Part shown: positions 37,250 through 50,500 of the stretch, piece by piece | How the letters are laid out: each line of letters starts with the position of its first letter | Position numbering within the stretch: the first letter of the stretch is position 1 | NCBI GenBank assembly: GCA_024679065.1 | Contig: JAGIQG010000016.1 | Coordinates: 13,702,001-13,766,000 of the forward strand | Reading direction: 5' to 3' | Length of the DNA: 64,000 nt | DNA from: Sphyrna mokarran | Lineage: Eukaryota | Position numbers and translations under genes: made by a program | The notes under the pieces: model-generated | Database searches by the model: none | Seen by the model: only the letters and a program-made list of their open reading frames with translations | What the model was told of the DNA's origin: nothing

Positions 37250-38792
37250 GTAAGTGAACTTTAATAATAATTAATGATATAAGGCATTCATTGTTGAAAA
37301 TGCTCGGGTTCCATCTGTGGAGATTAGATAAATGTAAATTTCCAAGTGGAATTTGACTCTTCTGAAGACTTTGTAGACAGCAAAAAGGCGATTGTAAGCT
37401 CGAATTATTGTTCTCCTTGCACAGATCGGACAGCCTTGTTCATTCGTTAAGTCGTGTTTTTTTTTCTCATTGCACTTGTAACTCCTTATTATTGATCTAC
37501 AAACTTCATTTACGGGCTATAGACGTTTCTTCCCATTTTTTACACCTTAACTCCTCCAGTAGCTCGATTCAAATATATAACAGTAGAGTCCATGCAGTGA
37601 GTCTCTACAGTCAAGAAGACAATTCAGCCTTCCTATTTGGCTGAAAACAATGTAACCCAGGGCCTAACATTTTAAGGATTTGTCCCCCTAACACTAACGA
37701 GCAATTAGGCGCAAATTATCAAGCCAAACAGCTAATAGTCAAGTAATCCAAATGCGGAAGATTTTAAGTTTTAATTGCATTTATTTCGTTCCAAAATGCA
37801 TTTTTATAGCATTTTTGGAGAATAATTGGGTGAAAGGTTTCAAAATCCGTGATTAATACATACCTCGTGCGCCAATTGGGAAAACTGGAAAAGATTTACA
37901 GTTGCACGTTGTTTTCGTGTATTCTAGCATATATTGAGTGAATCTGGTTTAGGCAATGAGGCAAGATATGCTCATGGTGACCCCGCTAAATGATGCTCTC
38001 ACATGCTATAGGCAACAATTGGGGAAAGTGGAGTTAAGGACAAGGATACGTACGGATCGTATCAAATAAATGATGATACAGTATTTATGTTGCCTTTGAT
38101 GTGTGCTCCTATAACGTGTAAAGAGTGTAGAGAGTGTGCTAATTTGAATAGGTGCTGGATCAGAGAGCATTCTGCCTTGCCCTGTTTGTATTGTACAGGC
38201 ACTCACTGAACACAGCTGTAATTATTGAGTTCCGACGTATTTATTTCATGACATGCTCTGTTACTGTTGCTATGTATGCATAAAAACGCAATACAAATGG
38301 CAGCGTGTGTGTCTCTGTGTGTTCCCGTTCGTCTGCAGATGTGTATGTTTCTGTTTGCATTTAGTAATTAGATACCTGCGGCAATGGTTCAAGAGTAGAT
38401 TAGCCGCATGTTGAATAGTGGCTACTGAGTGTGTTTAATAATTCATGAAAGGGAAGCTCCAATAGTACCAATGCTGAATAGGCATTTGTTCAACGCAGCA
38501 GGGCACAACTGGCGTGTCTGGGAAGTTAATGACAATGAAGATCGGTAAATTCCAATAACAGCCACTCCGTCATTTTTTTTTTGTCCAATGTTTACGAATT
38601 TGCTTACATCTTTTTGAGTTTGCAAGAGTTGTCTAATGTGGTTAATCGAAAAAAAGGGCTATGAATTCATATCATTGATTGGAATGTCTTAAGGCTCCAG
38701 CATTCTTTCTAATGCTTTAAGGAAATTGCATTATTTGTAGACATTTCAATTGGATCTTTTCGGGGGATAATATCTGTGAGACGCACATTCAT

Positions 38793-39610
38793 GAACATAG
38801 AACATAGAACATTACAGCGCAGTACAGGCCCTTCGGCCCTCGATGTTGCGCCGGCCAGTGGACCCTCTAACCTAAACTATTCCAATATCATCCATATGCC
38901 TATCCAACGACCATTTGAATGCCCCCAAAGTAGGTGAGTCCACAACTGCTGCAGGCCCTCACCACCCTCTGTGTAAAGAACCTGCCTCTGACATCCGTCC
39001 TATAACTACCACCTCTTAATTTAAAGTTATGTCCCCTCATGTTGGTCATCACCATCCGAGGAAAAAAGCTCTCACTATCCACCCTATCCAGTCCTTTGAT
39101 CATCTTATACGCCTCAATTAGGTCAACGCGTAACCTTCTTCTCTCTAATGAAAATAACGTCAGGTCCCTCAGCCTTTCCTCATAAGGCCTTCCCACCATA
39201 CCAGGCAACATCCTGATAAACCTCGTCTGCACCCTTTCCAATGCTTCCACATCTTTCTTATAATGCGGCGACCAGAACTGTACGCAATACTCCAAGTGCG
39301 GCCGCACCAGAGTTTTGTACAGTTGTAACATAACCTCACGGCTCCTAAATTCAATCCCTCTACGAATAAAAGCTAACACACCGTACGCCTTCTTAACAAC
39401 TTTATCAACCTGGGTGCCAACTTTCAAAGAGTTATGTACTTGTACCCCAAAACCCCTCTGCTCGACAACACTGTTAAGGGTCCTTCCATTAGCCCTATAT
39501 TTCATATGCCTGTTCTTCCTACCAAAGTGAATCACCTCACACTTATCCGTATTGAATTCCATTTGCCACCTCACGGCCCAACTCTGCAACCTATCTATGT
39601 CCCTCTGCAA
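38793..39610 (-). mobile_element. Young 5'-truncated CR1 LINE
   Basis: ORF 38900..39610(-) WQMEFNTDKCEVIHFG...LVRPHLEYCVQFWSP; (GAACATA)n tail. Confidence 0.95.
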
Positions 39611-40754
39611 ACTGTAACATCCATCCTCGCTATGAAATCCGTTTGCGCTATGAAGTAGCGCAAATATACATTTTGAATAAATGGTCGACTTGTCGAATAG
39701 TGTTCTTTTCTACAGGAGCTGTACTATTCATTTTGGACACTAATGGCGGTCTGTTGACAGCAAGGGGCGTTATGCAATTTCTTAATATTTTGGAAATGCG
39801 AACGGACCATGCACAGTACCTGAAAAGTTTCCTTCTTGGCCTAACAGATTATCGTAATTTAAAACCATGGGTATGCGGGTTTGTGTTTCTATGTTGTCAG
39901 CAATTCGTGATAATAAAGCAAGGACACCCTCGAATCAGAAATGTGTTCTGATGTTTGAACGCTCATTAAAAAACTATTTTAAAAACTGGATCTTTATTCG
40001 GGTTTGGGTGATTGTGTTGGTGGAATCAATATTTTGATATGATAATAAGCCTATTGTAAACATATAATTACACAGTTAATTGTTACCACTGATGGAAGTA
40101 GGAAACACAACACCATAACTAAACTAAAAAACAAAATCTGTTACAATTTTAACGTGGAAGTTAGGCTGTGACTTTTAAGAAGGGGACATTCAAGGTGGAC
40201 GTAATGAACTATAATTTCTGAGAACGGAAGAGCAAAGTGGAAATCAGTAGATCTGGGGCAAATTGGTTTCGAGAACATTGCTTTTTGAGACCTACGCCCA
40301 CAAAAAGAAACTATGCGAAAACCTTACAACTGTGATTGGGGGAAAAGCCAGTTTGATACACTTGATCTATCCAAATTGGAAGGCACACCAAAACATACCA
40401 GGTTATGGTGTGATGATTGTTATCTATAGTATCAAAACGATGGCACGTGGACGATTATCATTTATGCAAGGAAAGTTCGAACTACATACTTCTAAGGTAC
40501 TCTGAATCAATTTTAAAGTCCACATGCACATATCCAGTTCCCGCCCCCCGTTGTATGTTTTGCATTTATAAATTTATATATAGTTTGCTGTTCATTCATC
40601 GGATACATATAAAAGTCGTCTTACCGTTGTGGGCACATCTGTGTTCACGTTGTCCCACATGGTAAGCACATAGGTCCGAGCTGACATTCCACATTTCACT
40701 TCAGCGATATGATATACCCTATCTTTTGACAATAGTGGTTTTCTGAGCAGGGCG

Positions 40755-40902
40755 NNNNNNNNNNNNNNNNNNNNNNNNNNNNNNNNNNNNNNNNNNNNNN
40801 NNNNNNNNNNNNNNNNNNNNNNNNNNNNNNNNNNNNNNNNNNNNNNNNNNNNNNNNNNNNNNNNNNNNNNNNNNNNNNNNNNNNNNNNNNNNNNNNNNNN
40901 NN
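40755..40902. other. Assembly gap (148 N)
   Basis: Run of N. Confidence 1.
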
Positions 40903-41589
40903 AGGGTGAGGGAAGCATTGTGCAATTCTATGCATAATTATGTGAAAGTTGTACAAATGCAGTCAACATAATGAAAATGAAATTTATGTCTCCGAATGTG
41001 TACAACAATCAAAGAGATTACTCACATCGTCAGCACAAATGGAAATAAATACATGCCATTTAATAGTCACAGTCGGAACATTGGCCACAGAGTGACGGCT
41101 GAACATGAGTAGTGTAACATACGTTCAGTTTCAGAAATAAAACTAAATAACTGAAATTTGGAGGGGTAGAACTGATAATGAAGAGCAACACAGTTCTAAG
41201 GATCAAAATGTGTAATACGACTTTTTAGAGATATAACACAACGAAACTATGGCACAATAGTACAAGATTGTATGGATTATTTAAGAGTAAGCACAATTTA
41301 AAGCGGACGATACGCGATAAAAGTAAAGTCTATCTTTGAGGAATGTTGAAGCATGACCAAAGGGGGGGAATTTAAATCATCATCTCACAATCTGAAAATT
41401 AATTTGATTATCTATTTAGGCAAAGGTAGCCTGGAACAAAAGTTCACCGATTCTTTTCGCAAACGTTTATGTGCGGTGCTTGCAGATGCTCTCTGTCCCT
41501 AATTCGACTTTATTTCTGGTGCTCCGGTTAACTGCTATAGTCAAAAGGTTAACACATTAGGTTGATTGCATATGACAAATTGCCCTTTA

Positions 41590-41880
41590 GTTATGGAATA
41601 GAATGTCGTAGTGCAGAAGGAGGCCATTTGTCCCATCGAGTTTGCACTGACCACAATCCATATCCCCATTTACATTGTCACTAGGGGGGCAATTTAGCAT
41701 GGCGAATCCACTCAACTTGCATATCTTTGGACCGTGGGAGGAAACCGGAGCATCCAAAGGAAACCCACGCAGGCATGACAGGAAGTGCAATCTCCATTCA
41801 GATCGTGACCCAAGTGAGAATCCAACCTGAGTTTCCGGCGCTGTGAGGCAACACTGCCAACCATTGTGCCACTGTGCGGC
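41590..41880 (-). mobile_element. HE1-like SINE
   Basis: GGGAGGAAACCGGAGCA...GGCGCTGTGAGGCAACACTGCCAACCATTGTGCCAC; further SINE fragments flank it on both sides. Confidence 0.85.
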
Positions 41881-42314
41881 TCACTATGCGTAGGCTAGAT
41901 GGATTAGCCATGGTAAAGGGCGGGATACTGGGTTTGGGTGAGATATCTTTCAGAAAGCTGGTTCAGACTGTCTGGGACAAATCCTCTGCAGGGATTTTAT
42001 TTAAGGATTCTTTTTCATAGCTTAGGAATATATGAAAAATCATAAACACGACATACAACTGAAAAATGCAATGAATGTTGGATATATAGGTGATTCATAC
42101 AATTAATTAAGGTTAATAAGCAAATTGCAGATTTTACAACTGTGTGCACTGCCGAGAAAACAAATGACACGCCAGAAAACGTTGGAAAATGAGCGATGAA
42201 TTTAAAGCAATGCACTGAATTTGGAAACGGTGCAGAGATTTACTATTATTGTATCTAACACCCTCACGTTTCCAGATCGTACTGCAAGCAAACCTCTGAC
42301 TGTAAACAATGACA

Positions 42315-42690
42315 CGATGGCACTGTGTTCTGCACTGCCGCGTCACAGTACCAGGCATGAAGGTTCAATTCGTCTCCCACGTGATATTTTGTGCGGAGCT
42401 TCCAAGTCCTCCCCATTTCTAAGTGTTCCGCTTTGCTCGCACAGTCGAAAGATGTACAGGTTAGGCTGGTTAGCCGTTAGGATTTAATGCTTGGCGTCCA
42501 GAGACGTGTGCGTTAGGTAGCGAGGTGGTGGAGAAGGGGTAGGGTGTTAGAAGCTGGAGGGGGCTGCCGTTTAAAAGGGTAAATATGTGGATTGACTGGA
42601 CGAGGGAATTTGGGGGATCGTCTGTTCGTGAGTTGTAACAAACTCGACAGCCCAAATGGACTCCTTGTCAATTCTAAGAATTCAATAAAT
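42315..42690 (+). mobile_element. Degenerate SINE
   Basis: GGCACTGTGTTCTGCACTGCCGCGTCACAGTACCAGG head and CCAAATGGACTCC tail. Confidence 0.6.
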
Positions 42691-42999
42691 TGAGTCTCTG
42701 AGGAGTAACCACGTTCATCGTTTTTACATTTCCAGATTGCGCCTGCAAATATCACATGAAAAGTGCATTAGATAGGAAGGAAACGCATATGTAGAAATGA
42801 TAAGCCAGTTAATTTAAGAAATGTTTACTTTTAGAAAAAAATGGAATCATTTAGTGTGAGGTTCTTCACTGCTCTCAGCAAAACATAAAAAAAAAGCTGA
42901 CAAGTCATTTCAAAACGAAAAGAACGGTTTTCTGATTTATTAGCTTTGTTTTTGTTATAAGTGAAGAAAGCATATTTGATAAAAAAAATAGATTACTTA

Positions 43000-43500
43000 C
43001 AATTATGGTTCTGTTGGACTTTCAAAGGAAAGTCAACAAGGTGATTCGTCACAAAGTTGAATATCAAGAGTTTATTGTCTAAGGATTAGAAGATTGCAAC
43101 TTATGGAGGAGTGATCAGATGACAGGTAAGAAGTCGTCATAATGGGATTATTTTCCGTTTGCAAGATCTGACAAGTTAATTGTTTCGGCCTCGGTTGTGA
43201 GGCGTCAATTCTTCACCAAAACTATCAAGAACCCGGATAAATGGATGAAACTTTATGTTATTAAAAGTGTGGATTGCGCAAGTATAGGTATGCAAGTAAA
43301 AATGTGGAGATTTGTATCAAAATTTGAAACAGTCTCCACTGGTTAATCTGGTTAATTGTGTGTGCAACCGATTGAGGCGTAATTTGAAATGTTGTAAGAT
43401 ATGACCTCCATTTTAATCTATGCTACACCATGTTAATCACACCAGAGAAGTGGAAAGTTTCTGAAACAAAAGTGGGTTTTGACTGCCCATTAGATTATTC
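43000..43500 (+). mobile_element. Very old CR1 RT remnant
   Basis: Degenerate LDFxK...DKV.H..L, W....VVING and downstream segments. Confidence 0.45.
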
Positions 43501-43549
43501 TTCAATAATTTGCGTAATTTTGCAATAACTCGTTAGGAAGGCAAATCAG

Positions 43550-43860
43550 ATAGCATGGTGTCACACTGGTTATTACTGCTGCCTCGCAGGTTAAGGACTT
43601 GAATTTTGTTCCGGCTTTGTTGGAGCTGGCATGTTTGCTCCTTCTCTCTGTGACTTCCGTCTGATTGCTGTAGTTTCCCCCTGGATTCAGGCAAAGAGGT
43701 AGATTGACCATGGCAAATTGTTACTTGTTGTCCAAAGCATGCAGATTAGGTGGATTGGCAATAGGAAACGCGAGAATTAACTCACACAGGGCGATGAGGA
43801 CTTTCAGGGAGTTGGTGCAGACGTGATAGACAGAAATACCCTCGATCTCTAGGAATTCGG
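43550..43860 (+). mobile_element. Degenerate HE1-like SINE
   Basis: AGCATGGTGTCACACTGGTTATTACTGCTGCCTCGCAG head. Confidence 0.7.
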
Positions 43861-45494
43861 TGATTGTTAATAGCTGATTAGCAGCAAGATTAAATGAATG
43901 TTTTTTTTAACTAAGATAATAGTTTATTAAAATTTTTAGATTTGTCATTCAAAGAGTTACCTTCAAATATAGCCCTTTACCCAGTTGCGGTCACAAGAAG
44001 GTTTGGTTGCAGATCGAGGCGCTTTAATATGACCTTCCCGCGCCTACACGAGAGATTAGAACAAGGGGGCAGAGTATAATAAAATAAAAGGCCACCTATT
44101 TATGATGAACATGAGAGCCATATGTCTTTGGATTTACTTACCTTACACAATATCGTACATACGCGTTTTTGAAATGTGTTTTGAAAGGCATATGTGTATA
44201 CTTCCAACAAGACAATCAATGGGCATGGGCGATAAGCAGGAAAGTACATTTCAGACCACAATTCTATCAGCTGTGATCCTACTAAAGGGTGGAGAAAACT
44301 GGAGAGGGCAAATATCTCATTTAATTCCCTCCTTCGCATGATAGAATGTTGGGTATAATGAGTGAGTGTGCTCTTCAAGTGGCAACAGTGAAGATCTGGT
44401 GTAAGGACGAGAAGGGGTGGTGCTGAATATTCCTGCAAACAATTTGTCCGGAAAAAAAATGTGTTAACGAATAGTGGAGCAGACGGAAAAAATAATAAAA
44501 TTAATATTGTGATGCTGCATGCAGAAAAAGATCCAGCGGACGGAGACACAATTTATTTATTTTGAAACATTATTTTGTAGCAATGAAAACAGCAGATGAT
44601 TGGATATTGAATAACGTTGTATGTAAGTTGTGCAAGTAGAATAAAAATGAGAAAAAGGCTGCGGCTGGCAGAACAGATTAACAGGGAAGTTAAAGCCATA
44701 AAAGGTGAGTGAGGCTACATGGACTTAAGGGCAGAATGAGTTTGGTTTGATAAAGCAAATAAAACATGTATCATTGATTAAGAAACATTCAGCATTCAAT
44801 AGATAAACAACTTGTGGGAAATGATGCTTATGAATACGCACGCAAGCAAATTACAGAACTATATAACAGCTATGGATGAGGGTATTCAGAAACTTTAATT
44901 ATCCTTCCGAAGAATCGGATGGTAATGACTCGGATTTGCATGAATTTGTCAGCTGTCAATGCAAAAGTACTAGGCATCAATCGAACGTAAATTGAATCAA
45001 GAAGCGGAGAAACATCTACTGTGAATTGAGAATGGATCTCGCCAAGTACTTTGAAATCAAGCAAAAAATATAATTGAATAATAGGTTGTTCTTACAGAAG
45101 TTGGTCTGTTAAAACCAAATCACAATTGCACGAATGTGGAAACCAGAGAGAAGAGTTCCAGAATTATTTGCATTACCAAAGAAGCAGGCAGTAACGTGAA
45201 ATAGATTAGATGCATCTGCGGCAGATATGGATTAGATATTGTATTTTTTTTAAGAAAAAAGAGAGAATCAGATGCAGTATGAAATGTTCAGAGGATAATT
45301 TAAACTGAAAAAAGAGATTATATAAATTTCAGTGCGGATTGGAACCTCAAGTAAACGCAATTCTTATGTACATCTAACAGCATGCATATTGTAATATATG
45401 ATAATAGTAAAATAAATGGGAATGTCATAATATAACATGCAATGATGCAACTTCTTGCTCTTCAAATGTGTTTTTTTTTTGTCTCTCTTGTCAA

Positions 45495-48400
45495 TGTTTG
45501 ACCTACTCCAACTTTTCATGTGCATGAGGTCATTTGGCGAAATACTGCAGAAGTGTAATTTGGTTTACACTTATACCTCGAAAGTACACTGCCCTGTAGG
45601 AAAACTATTTTTCCTTTCACTTCTACTGTGCCATAAACGTCATACTGTTTTGCATCCAGTACTCCGTGAACGGAAAGAAAATCGAGGTAAATGATGGAGA
45701 AACTGAATGAGTAGCATTTTATTTTTATTTGAGATTCAAACTGTAATTTGAACTACCAAACTCACTAGTTTCCATGGAAAGTGTCCAATAAAATATTTCA
45801 ATCTCATTTGATCGTTATATGAATTTATGCTCATAAATCTTTCTGCCGACTATTGCAAAATCGCTATGCTGGGTTCATGGTTCAATTCACCGTCTGGGGA
45901 ACATCGTATTATAAGATTCATTAAAACTGTACTCGGCAAATTCAAGACGCTCTTCGCTCGTTTGGCGCATTTCACCTCTCACAATTTGAGTGATTCCAAA
46001 ACTCTGTTTTTTGTTAAAAAATTCTGGGAGTTTTCTTCCTATCACGACCAGGGAATTCGTGTGCCAACATATGTTAGCTCTAACGTGAGGTTTTCATTGA
46101 TTTTAACGCTCTCGCTGATGTTATTTCTTAATCATACAATTCCTACAACTTTATAATGTTCCAAGACATTGGCCTTCCTGCAGTCGTGGTCGTCTCTTTA
46201 TTATTGTTCTCAAATATTCTTACACTATAGTAGTAATGTCTTCCATTTCCTTGCATTGCACTTATATAATCCCCTCAAAATGTCTGCCTGCCGCGCTGTT
46301 CTTCTTTTAAGCAAATTCTTAAATTATGCGTCTTTGGGAAAACAATCTGACATGCCATTTCACTTTTCCCCAGGTTGTTACCATTATATTTGCCATGCTC
46401 CTCCATCATACCTTGAATCTTCATAACAAAAGAAGTATATATAGATTATAAATGTTGGATCGGGGATCAAATTATTAAGAGTGTGTGTACGGCTAAGTAA
46501 CAAATGTACGCTTTGCATTTTTTTCTGACAAGGCAGATACTTACCGCGTTTAGGTTAAAAAGAAGCAAGTTGAGCCGATTGGTAAGAATGGTATATTATG
46601 GGGCTGTACTTAGTGTTGATAAATACCCGGTCCAACTGACAGTGAATAATGAAGTTTTGAATTTTCCAACCTTTTTGCATTTTTTTCACTTGCCACGAGC
46701 CGCATTACCTCCTCCGAACAAGGTTAATATTGTCCTATGTTGGATTTGCAGCAACAATAGTTCCAGGGAAGATGCTGTTTATTAAATGACGTCGAGCAAT
46801 GATATGCCTAAAGTTTTTTTCTCTATACAGAACTTCGCTGGCATGTTGGAAAAATAAACAAAAATAACGCAAAGCATGACCGTTAAGATGTTCATGATGT
46901 GAGCTTAGATTTTCAAAAAAAACTATATTTAAACAGGACAATCCAAGAGAGCAAATTAATGTTTGATAGAATAAACGAGGCGTGGCACAACGGTCGAAGA
47001 GCAAGCAGATGACACGAAGTAGAGTGCAATGGCGAAAGCTGTTCTTTTTGACTGGAACAAATGTTATTGTACATAATCCCTGATGTTGGTGTTGGAAACG
47101 CAGTTCCTCTTAAGATACAATACTGACCTCAACTTCAGCGTATACTAATTATGTCTTACATTGACATTAGAATCTCATATTACTGGTATCAATTAGAAAT
47201 ATCGGATTGACAGCTATAAAATGACGGATTACTTCATAGACCATATAACACAATTTCTGATAAATCAATGTCTGGAATAATCCAGGGAAGATAAAATTTT
47301 AGACATGAGAATTCATAATAGAGAATGTTTCATAGAAATCATGTTTGGCCAACTGCAAATTCTGAAGTGCAGAAGGTCTTTTGGCAAAATTTTGTGAAGG
47401 CGTAATTTTGTTTAAACATATACCTAGACAATGCACTGGTCCATAGGAAAACGACATTTTCTCGCACTTCTACATTTACACAAATGCCATAATGCTTTAC
47501 ATCCAGTGCTCCGTGAACGTAAATAAAATCAATGTAAATAATGGGCAAACTGAGTGATGGTGTTTTATTTTCATTCGAGATTCAAACTTTATTTTGAAGC
47601 CAGTCTCCGTGGATACTGTCAAACGAAGAATTTAATCACATGTGATCCTTAGCTGAATTTCTGCTCACAAATCTCTCTGCTGACCATTGGAAAGTTGTTA
47701 TAATGAATTCATTGTTCAACTTATGGTCTATGGAACATCGTATTGTAACTTTTATTTACACTGGTCTCGGAAAATTTAATACAGTATTGGCTTATTTGGG
47801 ATCTTTCACCTCTCACATTCCAAAACTTTGCCGTATCTGTTAAAATTTCTGGAGAGAAATTCTCATCCACAGAATTGAACATTTGCTGTTCTAACATCAC
47901 GTTTTCATTCATGAAATCTGTTTCAAAGACCCACACTGACGTTGTTTCCTAATTATAAAATTAATTCAACTTTACAGCGTTCCAAGATATCAACATGCCT
48001 CCAGTTGTGATCGTTTCTTCATTATTGTTCACAGTTACCTTTACAGTATAGTAGCGATGGCTTCCATTCCCTTGGATTGGAATGATGTAATCCTCTCTAA
48101 ATGTCGGTCTATCGTGTTTTTCAGCTTTTGAGCAAATTCTTAAATCGTACATCTTTGGGAAAACATTATTTATGCCTTGTCACCTCACTTTGCCTTACGT
48201 GATTCGATATTCCGTTTCTTTTGTCGTGCTTCTCTAGAGTACCTTGAAACTTCACAGTCGCTGCAAAATAAATATGTATGTTCTAGATGCTGGATAAGGG
48301 GATCAGATTATTATCTGAAGTAACGGCTGAAGTAACAAATGTACACTTTGTTTTTTTTTTTCCCGACAAGGCACATATTTGTCACGTTTTGGTTAAAGAG

Positions 48401-50125
48401 GAACAAGCTGATTGGAAAGAATGTTGTATAATGGGGTTGTACTTAATGTTGACAAATTACCTGGTGCAGATAGCATTAAATAACGAAGTTTTGAATTTTC
48501 CAACTTTTTCCAAGTGTTGTTTCTTGCCATGATCCCCATCAGCACCTCCTAACAAATTTAAAATGGCCCAAAGTCGAAGTTGAAGTTGCTGGACACAATA
48601 TTTCTAGGGAAAATCCATATTTTTTAATGTTCTTTGTTAAATGATATCGAGCAGTGGTATGTCCAACTTTTTTTATAGAACCTTGCTGCGACTTTGGAAA
48701 GATAAACAAATAAGAACGTTGTCCGTTAAGGTGTTCACGATGTGAACTTCGATTTTTTAAAAAATAAAAACAGCGTCCCAAGAGAGCAAATTCATCTTTC
48801 ATAGAAAAAAGAAAAGTAGCAGCAAAGTCGGAGAGTGGGCAGACTGGCAAGAAGTAGAGTGCAGTTGTGAAAGTGTTTTTTTTTCTGACTGGAACAAATG
48901 TGCTTGTACGTAAGACGGAATGTTGGTGCTGGAAACGCAGTTCCTTTTAAGATACAACATTGACCGCAACTTCAGTATACACTAATTGTGTTTTGCATTG
49001 ACATTTGAATATTATATTATTGGTATGGTGAGAAATATCATTTTTATCAACTATAAAATGACAAGTTACTTCATAGAGGAAATCGCAGACAATTTCTGAT
49101 AAACCAATGTATGGAATAATCCAGAAAAAAAAGGCTTTTTAAACGTGTGAATTCATAATAGAGAATAATTCGTAGAATTCATGTGCGATTGGCTGCTACT
49201 TTCCATGTGTATGACGTTATTTGGGGAAATTTTGTGAAGGCGTAATTTGGTTTACACATATATCTCGAAAACACACAGCTCTATAGGGAAGCTGCGTCTC
49301 CTTGCACCTCTACTTTTACACAAATGTCATGCTGCTTTACATCTAGTAATCTGTGAACTAAAATGAAACTGAGATAAAAGTACTAGGGAAACTGAATGAA
49401 TGTTTTTTTTTCTGCCAAACTCAACAATCTCCATGGAAACTGTCTAATAAAAAGTTCAATCGCATTTGATCATTATCTGCATTTCTACTCACAAATCTTT
49501 GTGCGATCATTATGCTGGGTTTCTGGTTCAATTTACCGCCTCTGAAAAATGCTATTATAATATTCATTAACAGTGAGCTCAGCCAATTCAATACAGTCTT
49601 GTCTTGTTTGGTACATTTCACTCTTCATAGTCCAAGTTGTTCCAAAGCTTTGTTTTCTCTGTTAAAATTTTCAGGGAGTTTTCTTCCACTTTCATCCTCG
49701 GAACTCGTATTCCAACGTATGCTATCTCTAAGGCGACATTTTATTTACATTTTTTTTAATATCCTCGCTAGTGTGATTTCCTAATTATATAATTAATTCA
49801 ACTTCGCAGCGCTCCAGTTCTTCAGTAGTCCTGCAAAAGTGGCTATTTCTTCCTTACTGTTCGCATTGATGATTACAACACTACAGTGGCAATGACTTCC
49901 ATTTTCTTGGATTCACATAGTACAATTCCCTTTAAATGTCTGCCTATTTTTTTCCATATAGGAAAATTCTTAAACCTTATCTTATTGGTATCCATTAGAA
50001 TAATCAAATTGGCATCTATAAGATGACAAATTACTTCATGGATCCGATTGCAGACAGTTTCTGAGAAATCAATCTACAACATAATCCAGCGAACAGACTA
50101 TTTTAAACATGAGAATTCATACTAG
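45495..50125. repeat. Old tandem triplication of a ~1.85-kb unit (copies ~45495-47343, ~47344-49188, internally deleted ~49189-50125)
   Basis: Collinear shared blocks, e.g. GTAATTTgGTTTAcAC at ~45555/47402/49242, GAAGTTTTGAATTTTCCAAC at 46651/48485, GAATTCATA at ~47310/49150/50113; copies 1-2 include an old CR1 RT remnant. Confidence 0.9.
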
Positions 50126-50500
50126 GGTAATATAGTGCAAAAGGAGGCCACTTGGTCCATCGAGTCTGCGCCAAACACAATCCCACCCCAGTCCTTTCCC
50201 CATGACATCTAGCTGGTCTCCCTGAGGCAATTTATTATAGTTACCCGACCTAACCCGCATATCTTTGGACTGTCAGAGAAAACCACAGCATTGAGGTAAC
50301 ACACGGAAACACGAAGATAACGTTCAGACTCCACACAAACAGTGCCCTAAGCCGGGAATCGAACCCGTGTCTCTGACAATCTGAGGCAGCAGTGCTTATC
50401 ACTGTGCCAACCACAAGATCCACACACACAGTGCTCCATGCCAGGAATCGAACCCGGTTTCCTGGCGCTGTGAAGCATCTTTGCCAACTGTCATGCCATC
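50125..50500 (-). mobile_element. HE1-like SINE with two tandem tRNA-like heads
   Basis: GGAATCGAACCCG...TGA(G/A)GCA occurs twice (~50355 and ~50444). Confidence 0.75.

Noticed and set aside
44500-45400. Faint Gypsy integrase-like traces on the + strand
   Set aside because: Motifs too degenerate to support a call without a profile search
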